A stretch of DNA of 64,000 bases from Candidatus Bathyarchaeota archaeon (GTDB lineage: Archaea > Thermoproteota > Bathyarchaeia > Bathyarchaeales > Bathycorpusculaceae). A program made the position numbers and the translations under genes. This document shows positions 1 to 10,165 of this stretch, piece after piece. How positions within the stretch are numbered: the stretch's first letter is position 1; the number at the start of each line of letters is the position of its first letter. The notes beneath the pieces are model-generated. The model saw only the letters and a list, made by a program, of their open reading frames with translations, ran no database searches and had not been told where the DNA came from. The DNA lies in assembly GCA_963702095.1 (NCBI GenBank), contig OY969706.1, positions 992,001 to 1,056,000 on the forward strand, in the 5' to 3' direction.

Positions 1-11
1 CCCGTTTGTTG

Positions 12-329
12 TTATTCAGGTAGGGTGAGAACGATTGGTCCGAGTGTATGCTTTACCCCGGGCAAGCTTGCAAGAATAGCCACTACATAGGCGGGGTTAA
101 ATTCCGAATACCCTAAATCTCTAACTTCAGATCGTGTTAATTTCTTTTTTTTCTCTAAATGGTTCCATGCACGCGCTATTTCTTTAAGAGGTATGGGGCG
201 CTGGGCTTCTGTGGATGTTTTGAGAATTATTTGGTTATTGGATACTTGGGTGATTTCAAAGGGTTTGTTTTGGTAGAGAGTTGTCAAACGTTTACCTTGA
301 AGTTTCTTAAGCTCGACGGCTAAGTCCAT
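12..329 (-). CDS. hypothetical protein (105 aa)
   Basis: Clean ATG ORF with protein-like composition; family not recognised. Confidence 0.6.
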   Translation of the reverse strand: MDLAVELKKLQGKRLTTLYQNKPFEITQVSNNQIILKTSTEAQRPIPLKEIARAWNHLEKKKKLTRSEVRDLGYSEFNPAYVVAILASLPGVKHTLGPIVLTLPE

Positions 330-600
330 AATTTTATTACCAACAGTTTTATTGTTGAATTTGGATTTAACCTTTCGTTACAAACTGCAGAGTCAATGCA
401 ACAGCTTATACAAGTAACCTACGCCTTAGCAAAAATGAAATAGAGATTAACCGATTTTTCGAGGTCAACTCAATTTCTTTCTCCAACCAGAGTTCACAGT
501 TTTAGGCAAAAGCTAAACGCTAAGGCACCTTGTATATGCAAAATGTATAAGCAACCTACCCCACACAAAACCATCCACACACAATCAAAAACAAGCAGGT

Positions 601-2568
601 TTAAGTCTTAATTCTCTCAAGCCGCAACGTATTAAGCAACAACAGCATGGTTAAGCCGTCGTCGCCTGCCGCCACCGTAAACCACAGCGGCGTCAACCCC
701 AACAACCCCAACGCGCCCAACACGAATTTAATCGCCAACGACCCTGCGATGTTCTGTTTGGCTATCACCATGGCTTTGTCGCTGAGGTTGATGAGGTATG
801 GAACCGCTTTCAGTTCATCCCGAACCAACACGATGTCAGCGGATTCCAAAGCCACATCGACGCCTCGGGCACCCATCGCAATACCCACATCAGACGTAGC
901 TAAGGCGGGGGCATCGTTGACGCCGTCGCCCACCATCGCCACTAAACCACCCTTGCCCTTCATACCCTCGATGCAAGCAAGTTTGTCCTCAGGCAGCAAA
1001 TCAGCGTGCACCTCGTCAATACCTAATGATTGGGCGGTGTCTTTAGCGATGGATTCCTTGTCGCCGGTAAGCATTGTGGTTTTGATGTTTTGTTTTTTAA
1101 GTTGCCGAACGGCGGAAAGAGCGTCTTCACGCACTTCGTCCACAACGCACACCGTCGCCAACCCAGTTTTGCCCACTGAGATGCAAACAGTTGTGTGGAT
1201 GTCGCCGGCTGTGATTTCGAAGGCTTCGGCGCAGTCGCAGCCCAACTCCCGCATAAACTCCGAGTTCCCAATTGCCACGTGCTTATCGTTAACAAGCCCC
1301 ACGATACCTTTGCCGGGAACCTCCACTACATCAGTCACTTTTAACTTGCTCAAATCGATGCCGCGTTCGACGGCTCGACGCACTATCGCCTGTGCTATGG
1401 GGTGGTTGCTGAATTGGTCCAAAGCAGCAGCGTAAGAAATCGCTTCGTCCTCTGCACGGTTAAGGTCGACACGGCGCACCTCATGCACGGCTTGTCGCCC
1501 AAGCGTCAAGGTGCCTGTTTTGTCGAAAACCACCTGTTTCACCTTGGCAAGTTTCTCCACGAATACTCCGCCTTTGATGACGACGCCCCGTTTGGCGGCA
1601 ACGGTGATGGCTACGAAAATGGTGGCGGGAACTGAGATGATAAATGCGCTGGGGCAAGAAACCACCAGCAAAATGAGGGATCGGTAGAACCATGTGTCAA
1701 AGGACTGGTTAAGGATCAGGGGCAACCCTACCGCCGTGAAAACCGCCAGCAGAACCACAATGGGCACGTAGAATCGTGCAAAGCGGTCTACCAGCCGTTC
1801 TATGGAGGCCTTGCGCTTCTGCGATTCAATGACCAACTGCACGATACGGGATACGAGGGTTTCAGTGGATTTTTTGGTAACTATGATTTTTAAGACGCCG
1901 CCGGTGTTTAGGGTGCCGGCGAAGACGCAGTCGTTGACTTTTTTGGGCACAGGCACCGACTCACCTGTAACCAACGCCTGGTCCACATGGCTAAACCCCT
2001 CAACCACGTTGCCGTCCAATGGAATACGTTCGCCCGGCTTCACAAGGATAACTGAGCCCGTTTCGACCGCGCTTACGTTGACGGTTTCTTCTTTGCCCTC
2101 CGCCAAAACCCTCGCCTGCTCAGGTATGACTTTGGAGATTTTTTCGACAGTGCGTCTGGCGCGTTGCTGAATGTAGCCTTCAAGGTACTCGGCGATGCAG
2201 TAGAGAAAGAGCACGGTTGCGGCTTCAAAGCGGTAATCTAGAAACAGTGCGCCTAAACCTGCAACAGCCATCAGAAACTCGACGCTGAAACGGCGCTCAA
2301 CAACGAGTTCTTTTAACCCGACGACGCCGATGTATACGGCAACTGTCAGGATCGAGGTGTAGTAGAGTATCATGGATACGGTTATGGGGAGGTTGGTGAG
2401 TGAAACCGTGTAGCCAAACGGGATTCCACCGAAGAACAGGTCCAGCAGTCCCGCGACTATCATGGTTACGCCTAACCAAACGGCGAAGCCAACTAGTAAC
2501 CGCTTGTTCTGTTTTTCTTCGCCGATGACTATGGTTTCTTTTTTTGGTTTCTCTTCACAAGTCCCCAT
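601..2568 (-). CDS. heavy-metal translocating P1B-type ATPase (Zn/Cd-like)
   Basis: TGES, SCPS in TM6, DKTGT, HP, GDGVNDAP; K and D in last TM helices; no N-terminal metal-binding domain. Confidence 0.92.
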   Translation of the reverse strand: MGTCEEKPKKETIVIGEEKQNKRLLVGFAVWLGVTMIVAGLLDLFFGGIPFGYTVSLTNLPITVSMILYYTSILTVAVYIGVVGLKELVVERRFSVEFLMAVAGLGALFLDYRFEAATVLFLYCIAEYLEGYIQQRARRTVEKISKVIPEQARVLAEGKEETVNVSAVETGSVILVKPGERIPLDGNVVEGFSHVDQALVTGESVPVPKKVNDCVFAGTLNTGGVLKIIVTKKSTETLVSRIVQLVIESQKRKASIERLVDRFARFYVPIVVLLAVFTAVGLPLILNQSFDTWFYRSLILLVVSCPSAFIISVPATIFVAITVAAKRGVVIKGGVFVEKLAKVKQVVFDKTGTLTLGRQAVHEVRRVDLNRAEDEAISYAAALDQFSNHPIAQAIVRRAVERGIDLSKLKVTDVVEVPGKGIVGLVNDKHVAIGNSEFMRELGCDCAEAFEITAGDIHTTVCISVGKTGLATVCVVDEVREDALSAVRQLKKQNIKTTMLTGDKESIAKDTAQSLGIDEVHADLLPEDKLACIEGMKGKGGLVAMVGDGVNDAPALATSDVGIAMGARGVDVALESADIVLVRDELKAVPYLINLSDKAMVIAKQNIAGSLAIKFVLGALGLLGLTPLWFTVAAGDDGLTMLLLLNTLRLERIKT

Positions 2569-2908
2569 TGTGATCTAAAACTCAGCGAAAAGATGTAAGG
2601 AATCAATCCCTAATAAAAGTGAACTCAACAATTTCATGGTTTCCTCGAAGTTGTTGTCTTTGGTTTTCTCTTTGCGTAGCTACGGCGGCGGCAGAGGGAT
2701 TTCCAGGCTAACGCCAATTTGACACATAAATGTCAAAACTGTAAAGTCAAAAAGCATGGAGAAAACCCCTCAATAAAAAGCCCATTTTTGAGGCGATTTA
2801 AGCCATAACTGGCGATTTTGAGCCCTTTTGTTTGTTAGGACAACCGAATTAGGCATTGGCAAATTTTAAATACAAATCGGGGCTAACAGGTGTTTTGAGG
2901 TTATTAAC

Positions 2909-2959
2909 GTGGCGAAGGCTCCGAAAAAGGCAGTAAAAAAAGCTAAAAAGAAGAAATAA
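2909..2959 (+). CDS. putative 16-aa Lys/Ala-rich micropeptide MAKAPKKAVKKAKKKK
   Basis: GTG start after GAGGT; TTTTAAAT box at ~2864; downstream tatagc/gctata hairpin and T-tract. Confidence 0.5.
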   Translation: MAKAPKKAVKKAKKKK

Positions 2960-3127
2960 GCAGATATAGCACTCAGCTATACCCCTAATTTTTTCTTTTC
3001 CATACAGCACCCTGAGTTCTCTGCTGCAGCTATCTTTTTTGACATAAAAACGCTCACAACGTTTTTGGGTGCTAAAGAAGCTTTATCTAACTATTTGTGT
3101 TAAACTAGTTGGAAACGGTGAATTTAT

Positions 3128-4045
3128 TTGGAAAGCGATCCATTAAGCATAAGCTTTGCTGGTTTGCAACTGGGCAACCCCACGATGCTGGCGTCCGGCG
3201 TACTGGGGTACTCCGCCCAATCCATGGACAGAGTCGTGAAAAGCGGAGCAGGCGCGGTAGTCACCAAATCAGTAGGTGTGGAACCCCGCGTCGGCTACTC
3301 AAACCCCACAGTGGTGCAGGCGGAAGCGGGACTCATAAACGCCATGGGACTACCCAACCCCGGCATCAAGGTTTTCTCTGAGGAAATCACGTACTGCAAG
3401 ACCCTATTGAATGTGCCCTTAATCGTAAGTGTATTTGGCTATTCAGCGGATGATTACGCTTCGGTCGCGAAAAAAGCCGTTGAAGCAGGCGCAGACGCAA
3501 TCGAACTCAATGTTTCCTGTCCGCATGTGAAGCAGACGGGCGCAGAAATCGGGCAGAGCCCCAAATTCCTCTCAGAAGTAGTGCAGCAGGTAAAAGATGT
3601 AATAAATAAGCCGTTGATAGTTAAACTGTCCCCCAACGTCGCCGACATCACAATTCTTGCCCAAGCAGCCATAGAAGCAGGCGCAGACGCACTCACGGCA
3701 GTTAACACGTTAAAAGCGATGGCGATTGACGCTGAAACGCAGCTGCCGATTCTAAGCAACGTTAAAGGGGGCTTATCGGGCTCAGCCATAAAACCCGTAG
3801 CATTACGCTGTGTCTATGACATTGCAGACGCCTTCGAAGTCCCCATCATAGGCTGCGGCGGCGTCTCCAACTGGCGCGATGCCGTGGAGTTTTTTTTGGC
3901 TGGGGCGTCGGCGGTGCAGATTGGCACAGCAGTTGCTGACGACATACAAGTTTTCCAGTCAATTACTAAAGGTGTAGATATGTACTTGAGAAAGAAAGGT
4001 TATAGGAGTGTAAAAGAGATTGTTGGACTTGCCCACCCCAAATAA
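3128..4045 (+). CDS. pyrD: dihydroorotate dehydrogenase family 1B catalytic subunit
   Basis: NAMGLPNPG, ELNVSCPH, KLSPN, GGLSG motifs; adjacent to pyrK. Confidence 0.95.
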   Translation: MESDPLSISFAGLQLGNPTMLASGVLGYSAQSMDRVVKSGAGAVVTKSVGVEPRVGYSNPTVVQAEAGLINAMGLPNPGIKVFSEEITYCKTLLNVPLIVSVFGYSADDYASVAKKAVEAGADAIELNVSCPHVKQTGAEIGQSPKFLSEVVQQVKDVINKPLIVKLSPNVADITILAQAAIEAGADALTAVNTLKAMAIDAETQLPILSNVKGGLSGSAIKPVALRCVYDIADAFEVPIIGCGGVSNWRDAVEFFLAGASAVQIGTAVADDIQVFQSITKGVDMYLRKKGYRSVKEIVGLAHPK

Positions 4046-4838
4046 CACCATGCGCACCACGCAAATCGTGAACGTGCGCGACGAAAGCCCAACAGTCAAA
4101 ACATACACGTTTACGGATCGCTTGTGCAATAAAGCTCGTCCAGGACAGTTTGTGATGCTCTGGATACCGGGCATCGACGAAATACCTTTGAGCATTATGG
4201 ATGCCTCCAACGGCGTGATCTCGGTTTCAGTGAAAGCCGTGGGCGATGCAACACGCCACATGCACACCATGGAGGCAGGCGCAACCATAGGCATCCGAGG
4301 ACCCTTCGGCAACAGCTTCACAGAGAGCCGCGGCAGAGTCCTCTTAGTCGGCGGCGGCACAGGAACCGCGCCCCTGCTGTTTTTAGCCAAACAGTTAGCG
4401 GCGAAGACAGAGCGGCTTTCGTTTGTGGAGGGCGCCAAAACCAAGGATGAACTTCTATTTGTCCGCGAACTCGGCGGAGTCTGCCAAGAAAAAAACATCA
4501 TAACCACCACCGAAGACGGCACCGCGGGGCTACAATGCCTTGTCACCCAACCCCTCGCTGACCTGCTTGACAAGGAACGCTTCGACATGATTTACACTTG
4601 CGGACCCGAGATTATGGTGAAGAAAATCTTTGATTTGACAGACGCGCGCAAGTTGCCCTTGGAAGCGAGTTTGGAGCGGCTGATGCGTTGTGGCATCGGA
4701 TTGTGCGGCAGCTGTGTAATCGGCAAGTACCGTGTCTGCCGTGACGGTCCAGTGTTTAATGCGGCGCGGCTACGGGAAGTCAGAGACGAGTTGGGTTACT
4801 CGAAAATCGGGTTTGACGGGTCAAGGATACCGTTTTAG
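4020..4838 (+). CDS. pyrK: dihydroorotate dehydrogenase electron transfer subunit
   Basis: PGQF, RGPFG, GGGTG, MRCGIGLCGSC...C 2Fe-2S motif; exact start uncertain. Confidence 0.93.
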   Translation: MLDLPTPNNTMRTTQIVNVRDESPTVKTYTFTDRLCNKARPGQFVMLWIPGIDEIPLSIMDASNGVISVSVKAVGDATRHMHTMEAGATIGIRGPFGNSFTESRGRVLLVGGGTGTAPLLFLAKQLAAKTERLSFVEGAKTKDELLFVRELGGVCQEKNIITTTEDGTAGLQCLVTQPLADLLDKERFDMIYTCGPEIMVKKIFDLTDARKLPLEASLERLMRCGIGLCGSCVIGKYRVCRDGPVFNAARLREVRDELGYSKIGFDGSRIPF

Positions 4839-5233
4839 GTTTCATGGTCTTTTCAGTTGATTTTTAGGGTAAATCCTTTTTTTCTATAGTAGTTGTTGCT
4901 GAAAACCGCCTATACACAACAACAACCAACTGCTGGTGGTGGGCATTGTGTTTTGGGTTCTAGTCTGCGGCGCTGGTTGCGGGCTGGTTGTAGAGCAAAT
5001 CACAAGCAGAGCCAAAGAACCCTTTTGATTTGTTAATGTGGGCTCACTTCTGCGGGGTTCGGTGTTGGGTTGTTGGGCAGGCGGTAGGGTGGAAAGCGGT
5101 TGATTAGGGTGTTATGGGCAGTTTTTGTTGGGGTGCTGTGTGTTTGCCGCAGTCCAGTGTGCGTTCAGCGTAAAGGAGGCGTTTGTTGTTCTCAAATGTA
5201 CTTAGCCTTTTAACTATTACTACTAATAATCGA

Positions 5234-5248
5234 ATTTTTCAGAAAAAT
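5234..5248. promoter_or_regulatory. palindrome ATTTTTCAGAAAAAT, candidate operator
   Basis: Perfect 7-1-7 inverted repeat ~50 bp upstream of the AbrB-arsM operon, overlapping a repeated TCAGAAAA. Confidence 0.35.
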
Positions 5249-5297
5249 CAGAAAAGTTTAACAATCAACTCGTACATAATCTGAACGGTGAAGCTAA

Positions 5298-5552
5298 ATG
5301 CCATGTGAAGACGATACCTGTACAATCAACGCAGTAGTCACGATGGATGCCAAAGGACAAATCGTCCTGCCCAAAGACCTGCGTGAAAAAGCCAACCTAA
5401 AACCGAACGAAAAAATCGCAGTGGTCGCCTGCGAAAAAGAAGGCGAAGTCTGCTGCATAATGCTGGTAAAAGCAGACCGGTTGGTAGGCGCCGTCACCAA
5501 AGCGTTAGGTCCACTTTTAAAATCAGTAACTAATCAGGAGAATCAAGTATGA
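5298..5552 (+). CDS. AbrB/SpoVT-type regulator resembling the HgcAB-associated protein (HgcC-like)
   Basis: MDAKGQIVLPKDLREKANL AbrB motif plus vicinal CC (EVCCIML). Confidence 0.75.
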   Translation: MPCEDDTCTINAVVTMDAKGQIVLPKDLREKANLKPNEKIAVVACEKEGEVCCIMLVKADRLVGAVTKALGPLLKSVTNQENQV

Positions 5553-6379
5553 AAGAAGAAAAAGTAAAGAAAATAGTCAGAAACCGATATGCAAAAGTCG
5601 CCAAAACCAGCGGTTCATGCTGCGCTTCAAGGGTAAGCTGCTGCTCAGCGCCGCCCTCAAGCGATCAAGTAAGCAAACTGGTAGGTTACAGCCACGAAGA
5701 AATGAGCTCAGTACCCGAAGGTGCCAACCTTGGACTTGGCTGCGGAAACCCAACTGCGCTGGCATCGCTAAAGGAAGGCGAATGCGTCTTAGATTTAGGC
5801 TCGGGCGCGGGCTTTGACTGCTTCTTAGCTGCAAAAAAAGTCGGCAAACAAGGCAAAGTAATCGGCGTAGATATGACCCCCGAAATGCTTGACAAAGCAC
5901 GGTCAAATGCAGCCAAGGGCAAATACGCAAATGTCGAGTTCAGGCTCGGCGAAATCGAAAACTTGCCGGTCGCGGACAATTCCGTTGACGTTATAATTTC
6001 GAATTGTGTCATCAATCTCGCCCCAAACAAGAAACGCGTCTTTGAGGAAGCGTTTAGGGTTCTTGCACCCAACGGTCGAATAATGGTATCTGACATTGTT
6101 CTGTTGAAACCGCTGCCGGAGGCAGTGCAAGAAAGTGTCGAAGCATATGTCGGATGCATTGCAGGAGCTGAAATGAAAGACAAATACCTTGACCTTATAC
6201 GGCAAGCGGGCTTTAAAGACGTACAAGTCATTGAAGAAAAAACATATCCGCTTGAGTTCATAGTTAGCGAGGACGCATTCAAGGGCGCCATTGACAGATT
6301 AGACATGCCCAAAGAAGAGTTAAAGGCAACTGCAAACTCGGTTGTAAGCATCAAAGTTTCAGCAGTTAAAAAGCCCTAA
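5549..6379 (+). CDS. arsM: arsenite S-adenosylmethionine methyltransferase
   Basis: N-terminal CC pairs, GLGCGNP, LDLGSGAGFD, ISNCVINL, GCIAGA. Confidence 0.92.
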   Translation: MKEEKVKKIVRNRYAKVAKTSGSCCASRVSCCSAPPSSDQVSKLVGYSHEEMSSVPEGANLGLGCGNPTALASLKEGECVLDLGSGAGFDCFLAAKKVGKQGKVIGVDMTPEMLDKARSNAAKGKYANVEFRLGEIENLPVADNSVDVIISNCVINLAPNKKRVFEEAFRVLAPNGRIMVSDIVLLKPLPEAVQESVEAYVGCIAGAEMKDKYLDLIRQAGFKDVQVIEEKTYPLEFIVSEDAFKGAIDRLDMPKEELKATANSVVSIKVSAVKKP

Positions 6380-6619
6380 CTCTCCTTTTATTTAAATTTA
6401 GGAAAGAATTAACCTTAAGCCCGATTTTTTTGTGGCAAGAAAACCTGCATCAGCAACAAAGATGGGCTCTTTTCTTTGAAAAATCCTGAATGGGTTGGCG
6501 AAGCAACTGAGATTTTGAAACGGCATGGATTCTCTAAGGTTAAAATTACTATGCACTATTGATTCAGAAAACATAGGCGTCAAAGTTAGCCACGAACGTC
6601 GCTCTCTGAGCGCTTAACC

Positions 6620-9013
6620 TTAGGTGTTAGTCTTAAACTTGTGTATTAGGTACACTTTAATTGGGTCGTTGACTAAGAAGGTCGTTAGTATCGTATAGGC
6701 AAGGATTGTGAGCACAGGCATATAGCCAAGCGGTGCAAGCTCTAAAACGCCAAAGAGTGAAATGGCAATTACGAATAGGATTTCAGCCAAGACTGTTATG
6801 CTTAAGAATCTGCTAGGTTTTGAATTCCAGAAGTGATTACGCTCGCGAACTATCATCAGCGTGAATACGCCTGAAAGGTTCAAGTAAGCAAACCCAAATG
6901 TGTAGATTTGCCCCACGTTTCCCATCAGCCCAAAGTATGATAAGGCAAATACTGTAAAGATTGCACTTTCAACAGTCATCAGTATCCCAAGTGAGCCGCT
7001 GACACCGAATAATTTACGCATGTCAAACGTGTCGGGCTTTAAGGAGGAGCGCACGTTATCGGTTGATATGGACATGGACACGAAGTCGCCTAAGAAAAGA
7101 AGCAATACCGTACCCGTTATCGATAGCATTAAAGAATGGGTGAGGAAAAGCATCACAACTATGAAGCCAGCAATATGCAGTTTTCGGGCAACCATCATTA
7201 GTGCCCAACTGTAGATTCTCTGGTATATTGTCCTCGACGTGTTAATCATGGATGTTATGCCGCCGAGGCCTTCAACCGTTAGAACAGCACTCGCAGAATC
7301 TTTGGCAATATCCGTTGCATTTTTCACTGCAATGCCAACTTCCGCCTGTCCTAAAGCCGGAGCGTCATTGACACCATCGCCAGTCATACCCACGACATGC
7401 CCAATGCGTTGAAGAGTCTTAACTATGCTGAATTTGTCTTCAGGATAAATTTGAGCGATGCCGTGGCTTTCTTCGATTACTGAGTCTATTGGTGCTGCTT
7501 TGGTTTCTGCTTCCTGTATCTTTGACATGGTTGTTACGTTTTTGCCTAATCCCACTTGCCGAGCGATGTTTTTGGCAATCGGGAGGGAATCACCAGTAAG
7601 CATCTTCACTTCCACGCCTAGTCCACGAATTTGGTCAAGTATCAGCCGTGAATCATCTCTTACTCTATCGGCGATGCCTGCAAGCCCAATAAATTCCAGT
7701 CTATTTCGAGTTGTTCCCTTTGCAACAGCTATTACTCTTAGCCCCTTTTCAGACAGCGCTTCAGCAAGCTTAAGCATATCTTTTGCTCTCTCTTCGGTAA
7801 TGTTGCAAGCAGCACAGATTGTGTCAAAAGAGCCTTTTCCTACGAAGAACTTTCCTTCTGCCTCACTGATGGTCGCTTCGGTCATTCTAGTCTTGGGGTC
7901 GAAGGGTACGAATTCTGTCTGTAAATAAGCAGTTAATGACATATGCGCTTCAGCGGCAGCTGTTAGGAACGCTATGTCGATTGGGTCTTGATTAGCTACA
8001 TTTGAGGCAAGTGCACCGTAGAGTAATACATCATTTTGGGTGAATCCATTGATTGGCGTTTCCTCTTCGACAAATAGCTTGTTTACGGTTATTGTACCTG
8101 TTTTGTCTACGCACAAGACATCCATTGTAGCTGCATCTTCTGTTGCGCTAAGCCTTGTCACTAGCACTCCTTGTTTAGCGAGAACTGATGAGCCGAGCGC
8201 CATGTTTATAGTGAACATTGTAGGCATGGCAACTGGCACCGAAGCTACAAGCAACACACCGGCAAGCGGGAGTAGCACTGCAAGTTCAAACCCGGTCAAT
8301 ACAGCGTAAACAAAGACAATTAGGAGAGATGCTAAGACCAGTATGGCCAGTTGTCGTGCTACTTTTACTGTGACGTCTTCCATGTGAAGCTTGGGTTTCG
8401 CCGTTTCAAGCAGGGAAATGGTTCTTCCAAAATAGGTTTTTACGCCTGTCGCATCAACTACGCCTGTGGCTTCTCCCCGCTTGACAGCAGACCCTGAGTA
8501 TGCGATTTCTCCGTTAGACTTATCCATGATTCCTGACTCGCCAGTGAGCACCGATTGGTCTAATCCCAGTGAACCATCAACTACCTTCAAATCAGCAGGA
8601 AGCAGGTCGCCGATTCTAACTCGGACAACATCACCGGGCACTATCTCCCTTGCAGGGATAGTTGACCATTTTCCGTCTCTTTTTACACGGCTTTGGATTC
8701 TTAGTTTCTGTTTGAGTCTAGCCATGGCTGCTTTTGCTCTACCTTCACGCCATAGAGACATTCCAGCGTTGAAAAGAAGAAGGAATATGATGACGAGTGC
8801 TTGCGGATACTTGCCCAGAATTAATGTGACAATCGCTGTAGCTTCAAGCATCCATGGCACTATGCCCCAGAAACGTTTCCCCAACCTTGATAGAAAGCTT
8901 ACTTTCTTCTCAGGCACATCATTATACCCGTAGGTTGATAACCTCTCTTTGACTTGTTGCTCACTTAGTCCCTTTTCTAGATTTGTTGTTTGGAAGTCCT
9001 TTTCTTTTTCCAT
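6620..9013 (-). CDS. plasma-membrane H+-efflux P-type ATPase (P3A)
   Basis: LTGES, PVAMP, CVDKTGT, NQDPID, PFDP, TGDGVNDAPAL. Confidence 0.9.
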   Translation of the reverse strand: MEKEKDFQTTNLEKGLSEQQVKERLSTYGYNDVPEKKVSFLSRLGKRFWGIVPWMLEATAIVTLILGKYPQALVIIFLLLFNAGMSLWREGRAKAAMARLKQKLRIQSRVKRDGKWSTIPAREIVPGDVVRVRIGDLLPADLKVVDGSLGLDQSVLTGESGIMDKSNGEIAYSGSAVKRGEATGVVDATGVKTYFGRTISLLETAKPKLHMEDVTVKVARQLAILVLASLLIVFVYAVLTGFELAVLLPLAGVLLVASVPVAMPTMFTINMALGSSVLAKQGVLVTRLSATEDAATMDVLCVDKTGTITVNKLFVEEETPINGFTQNDVLLYGALASNVANQDPIDIAFLTAAAEAHMSLTAYLQTEFVPFDPKTRMTEATISEAEGKFFVGKGSFDTICAACNITEERAKDMLKLAEALSEKGLRVIAVAKGTTRNRLEFIGLAGIADRVRDDSRLILDQIRGLGVEVKMLTGDSLPIAKNIARQVGLGKNVTTMSKIQEAETKAAPIDSVIEESHGIAQIYPEDKFSIVKTLQRIGHVVGMTGDGVNDAPALGQAEVGIAVKNATDIAKDSASAVLTVEGLGGITSMINTSRTIYQRIYSWALMMVARKLHIAGFIVVMLFLTHSLMLSITGTVLLLFLGDFVSMSISTDNVRSSLKPDTFDMRKLFGVSGSLGILMTVESAIFTVFALSYFGLMGNVGQIYTFGFAYLNLSGVFTLMIVRERNHFWNSKPSRFLSITVLAEILFVIAISLFGVLELAPLGYMPVLTILAYTILTTFLVNDPIKVYLIHKFKTNT

Positions 9014-9104
9014 CTTTTCACTTTCAGGGGGAGGTTAAGCCGAACTAAAAATCATTGAAAATAAAGAGGCGTATTTTTAGGGGATAATTAACGTATGCTA
9101 AGCA

Positions 9105-9410
9105 TTAGGCTTTTGATTTTAGTTCATCGATTATCTTTTGGGTTTCCTCTTCCGACGGGTGTGTTATAGCGTCAACAGGGCAGACATCTTCGCAGCCTCG
9201 GCAGAAAACCACACAAGTGTTCGGGTTAACGACGGTTCTTTTTTCGCCATTCTTTTCTTCTAATTTAAAAGCGTGCATGTGGCAAAAATCTACGCATTTG
9301 CCGCAGGTTATGCATTTGTTGTAGTCTATTTTTGGGTCCCAGGCTATTTTGTTGCGTGGGATTCCTTCGTATTCGGTTTCTGGCAAGCTTTCAGCCTTCA
9401 CAAAGGTCAT
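9105..9410 (-). CDS. 4Fe-4S ferredoxin family protein
   Basis: CxxCxxCxxxC and CxxxCxxCxxxCP motifs. Confidence 0.88.
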   Translation of the reverse strand: MTFVKAESLPETEYEGIPRNKIAWDPKIDYNKCITCGKCVDFCHMHAFKLEEKNGEKRTVVNPNTCVVFCRGCEDVCPVDAITHPSEEETQKIIDELKSKA

Positions 9411-9419
9411 GTTTATAAC

Positions 9420-9440
9420 AATATTTAAAAATTGTTATGT
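9420..9440. promoter_or_regulatory. 21-bp motif copy 1, candidate ArsR operator
   Basis: AATATTTAAAAATTGTTATGT; overlaps the ATAACAAT-N8-ATTGTTAT inverted repeat at 9415-9438; near-identical copy at 10812-10832. Confidence 0.55.
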
Positions 9441-9462
9441 TAATTAACTGGTTTGAACAAGC

Positions 9463-10137
9463 ATGAAGTCCCCCAACAAGATATTCCCATTACTTTTCAT
9501 CCTAACCATAACCATCTCAAGTCTAAGCTTAATCGTAATCGAACCCACAAACGCCCAAACCTCAAAACCATCCACTCCAGAATATTCTTTAAAAATCGTT
9601 GACGCCTCCGGCATCCAAGCCATCGAATTAACCATAAAGAATCAACCTTTTGAGCCCTACACCGATAACGGCGAGGCAGTTTCACTATACTATAACGTCC
9701 ACTTCAAACTTCACGATGCAGAAAGCTGGACCGCCATGTACTACTGCGGTGACGTTTTTCCCACCCATTCAAACTCTGACACCAAACTAGTTTATCCCTT
9801 GCAGTTGAGCGCTGACAGTTCAAGCTATCGTCTGTTAAAAGAAAATGCTGGTTACTATTACCTATTGTCTGAAGTACCCTTTAATGGGCAAATAGATTTT
9901 CGCGTTCAAGCCATGGAGGGACAATTAACGTCAGCAAGCTTTACAGGTCAAACAAGTGACTGGAGTAACGTACAAACTATAGCCATACCGGAAACGTCCT
10001 CTTCGCCAAATCAAACGGACCCAACTGGTACAAGCGGTACTAGTGGTCCAGAGCTGCCATGGTTTGTTATCTTGGCCTTGTTTATTATTGCGCTCTTAGT
10101 CGTATTCGTTGTGTTCAAGCTTAGGAAGCGCAAGTAA
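9463..10137 (+). CDS. secreted, C-terminally membrane-anchored hypothetical protein
   Basis: Signal peptide, Ser/Thr/Pro linker, C-terminal TM helix plus KLRKRK. Confidence 0.75.
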   Translation: MKSPNKIFPLLFILTITISSLSLIVIEPTNAQTSKPSTPEYSLKIVDASGIQAIELTIKNQPFEPYTDNGEAVSLYYNVHFKLHDAESWTAMYYCGDVFPTHSNSDTKLVYPLQLSADSSSYRLLKENAGYYYLLSEVPFNGQIDFRVQAMEGQLTSASFTGQTSDWSNVQTIAIPETSSSPNQTDPTGTSGTSGPELPWFVILALFIIALLVVFVVFKLRKRK

Positions 10138-10165
10138 GTAAAAAGTAAAAAGAAGCTTAGATAAA

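Noticed and set aside
647-1435. Long antisense ORFs (also 5686-6354, 3959-4588 and others)
   Set aside because: Shadow frames of well-supported genes
4930-5200. G/T-skewed intergenic tract
   Set aside because: No ORF, periodicity or convincing structure
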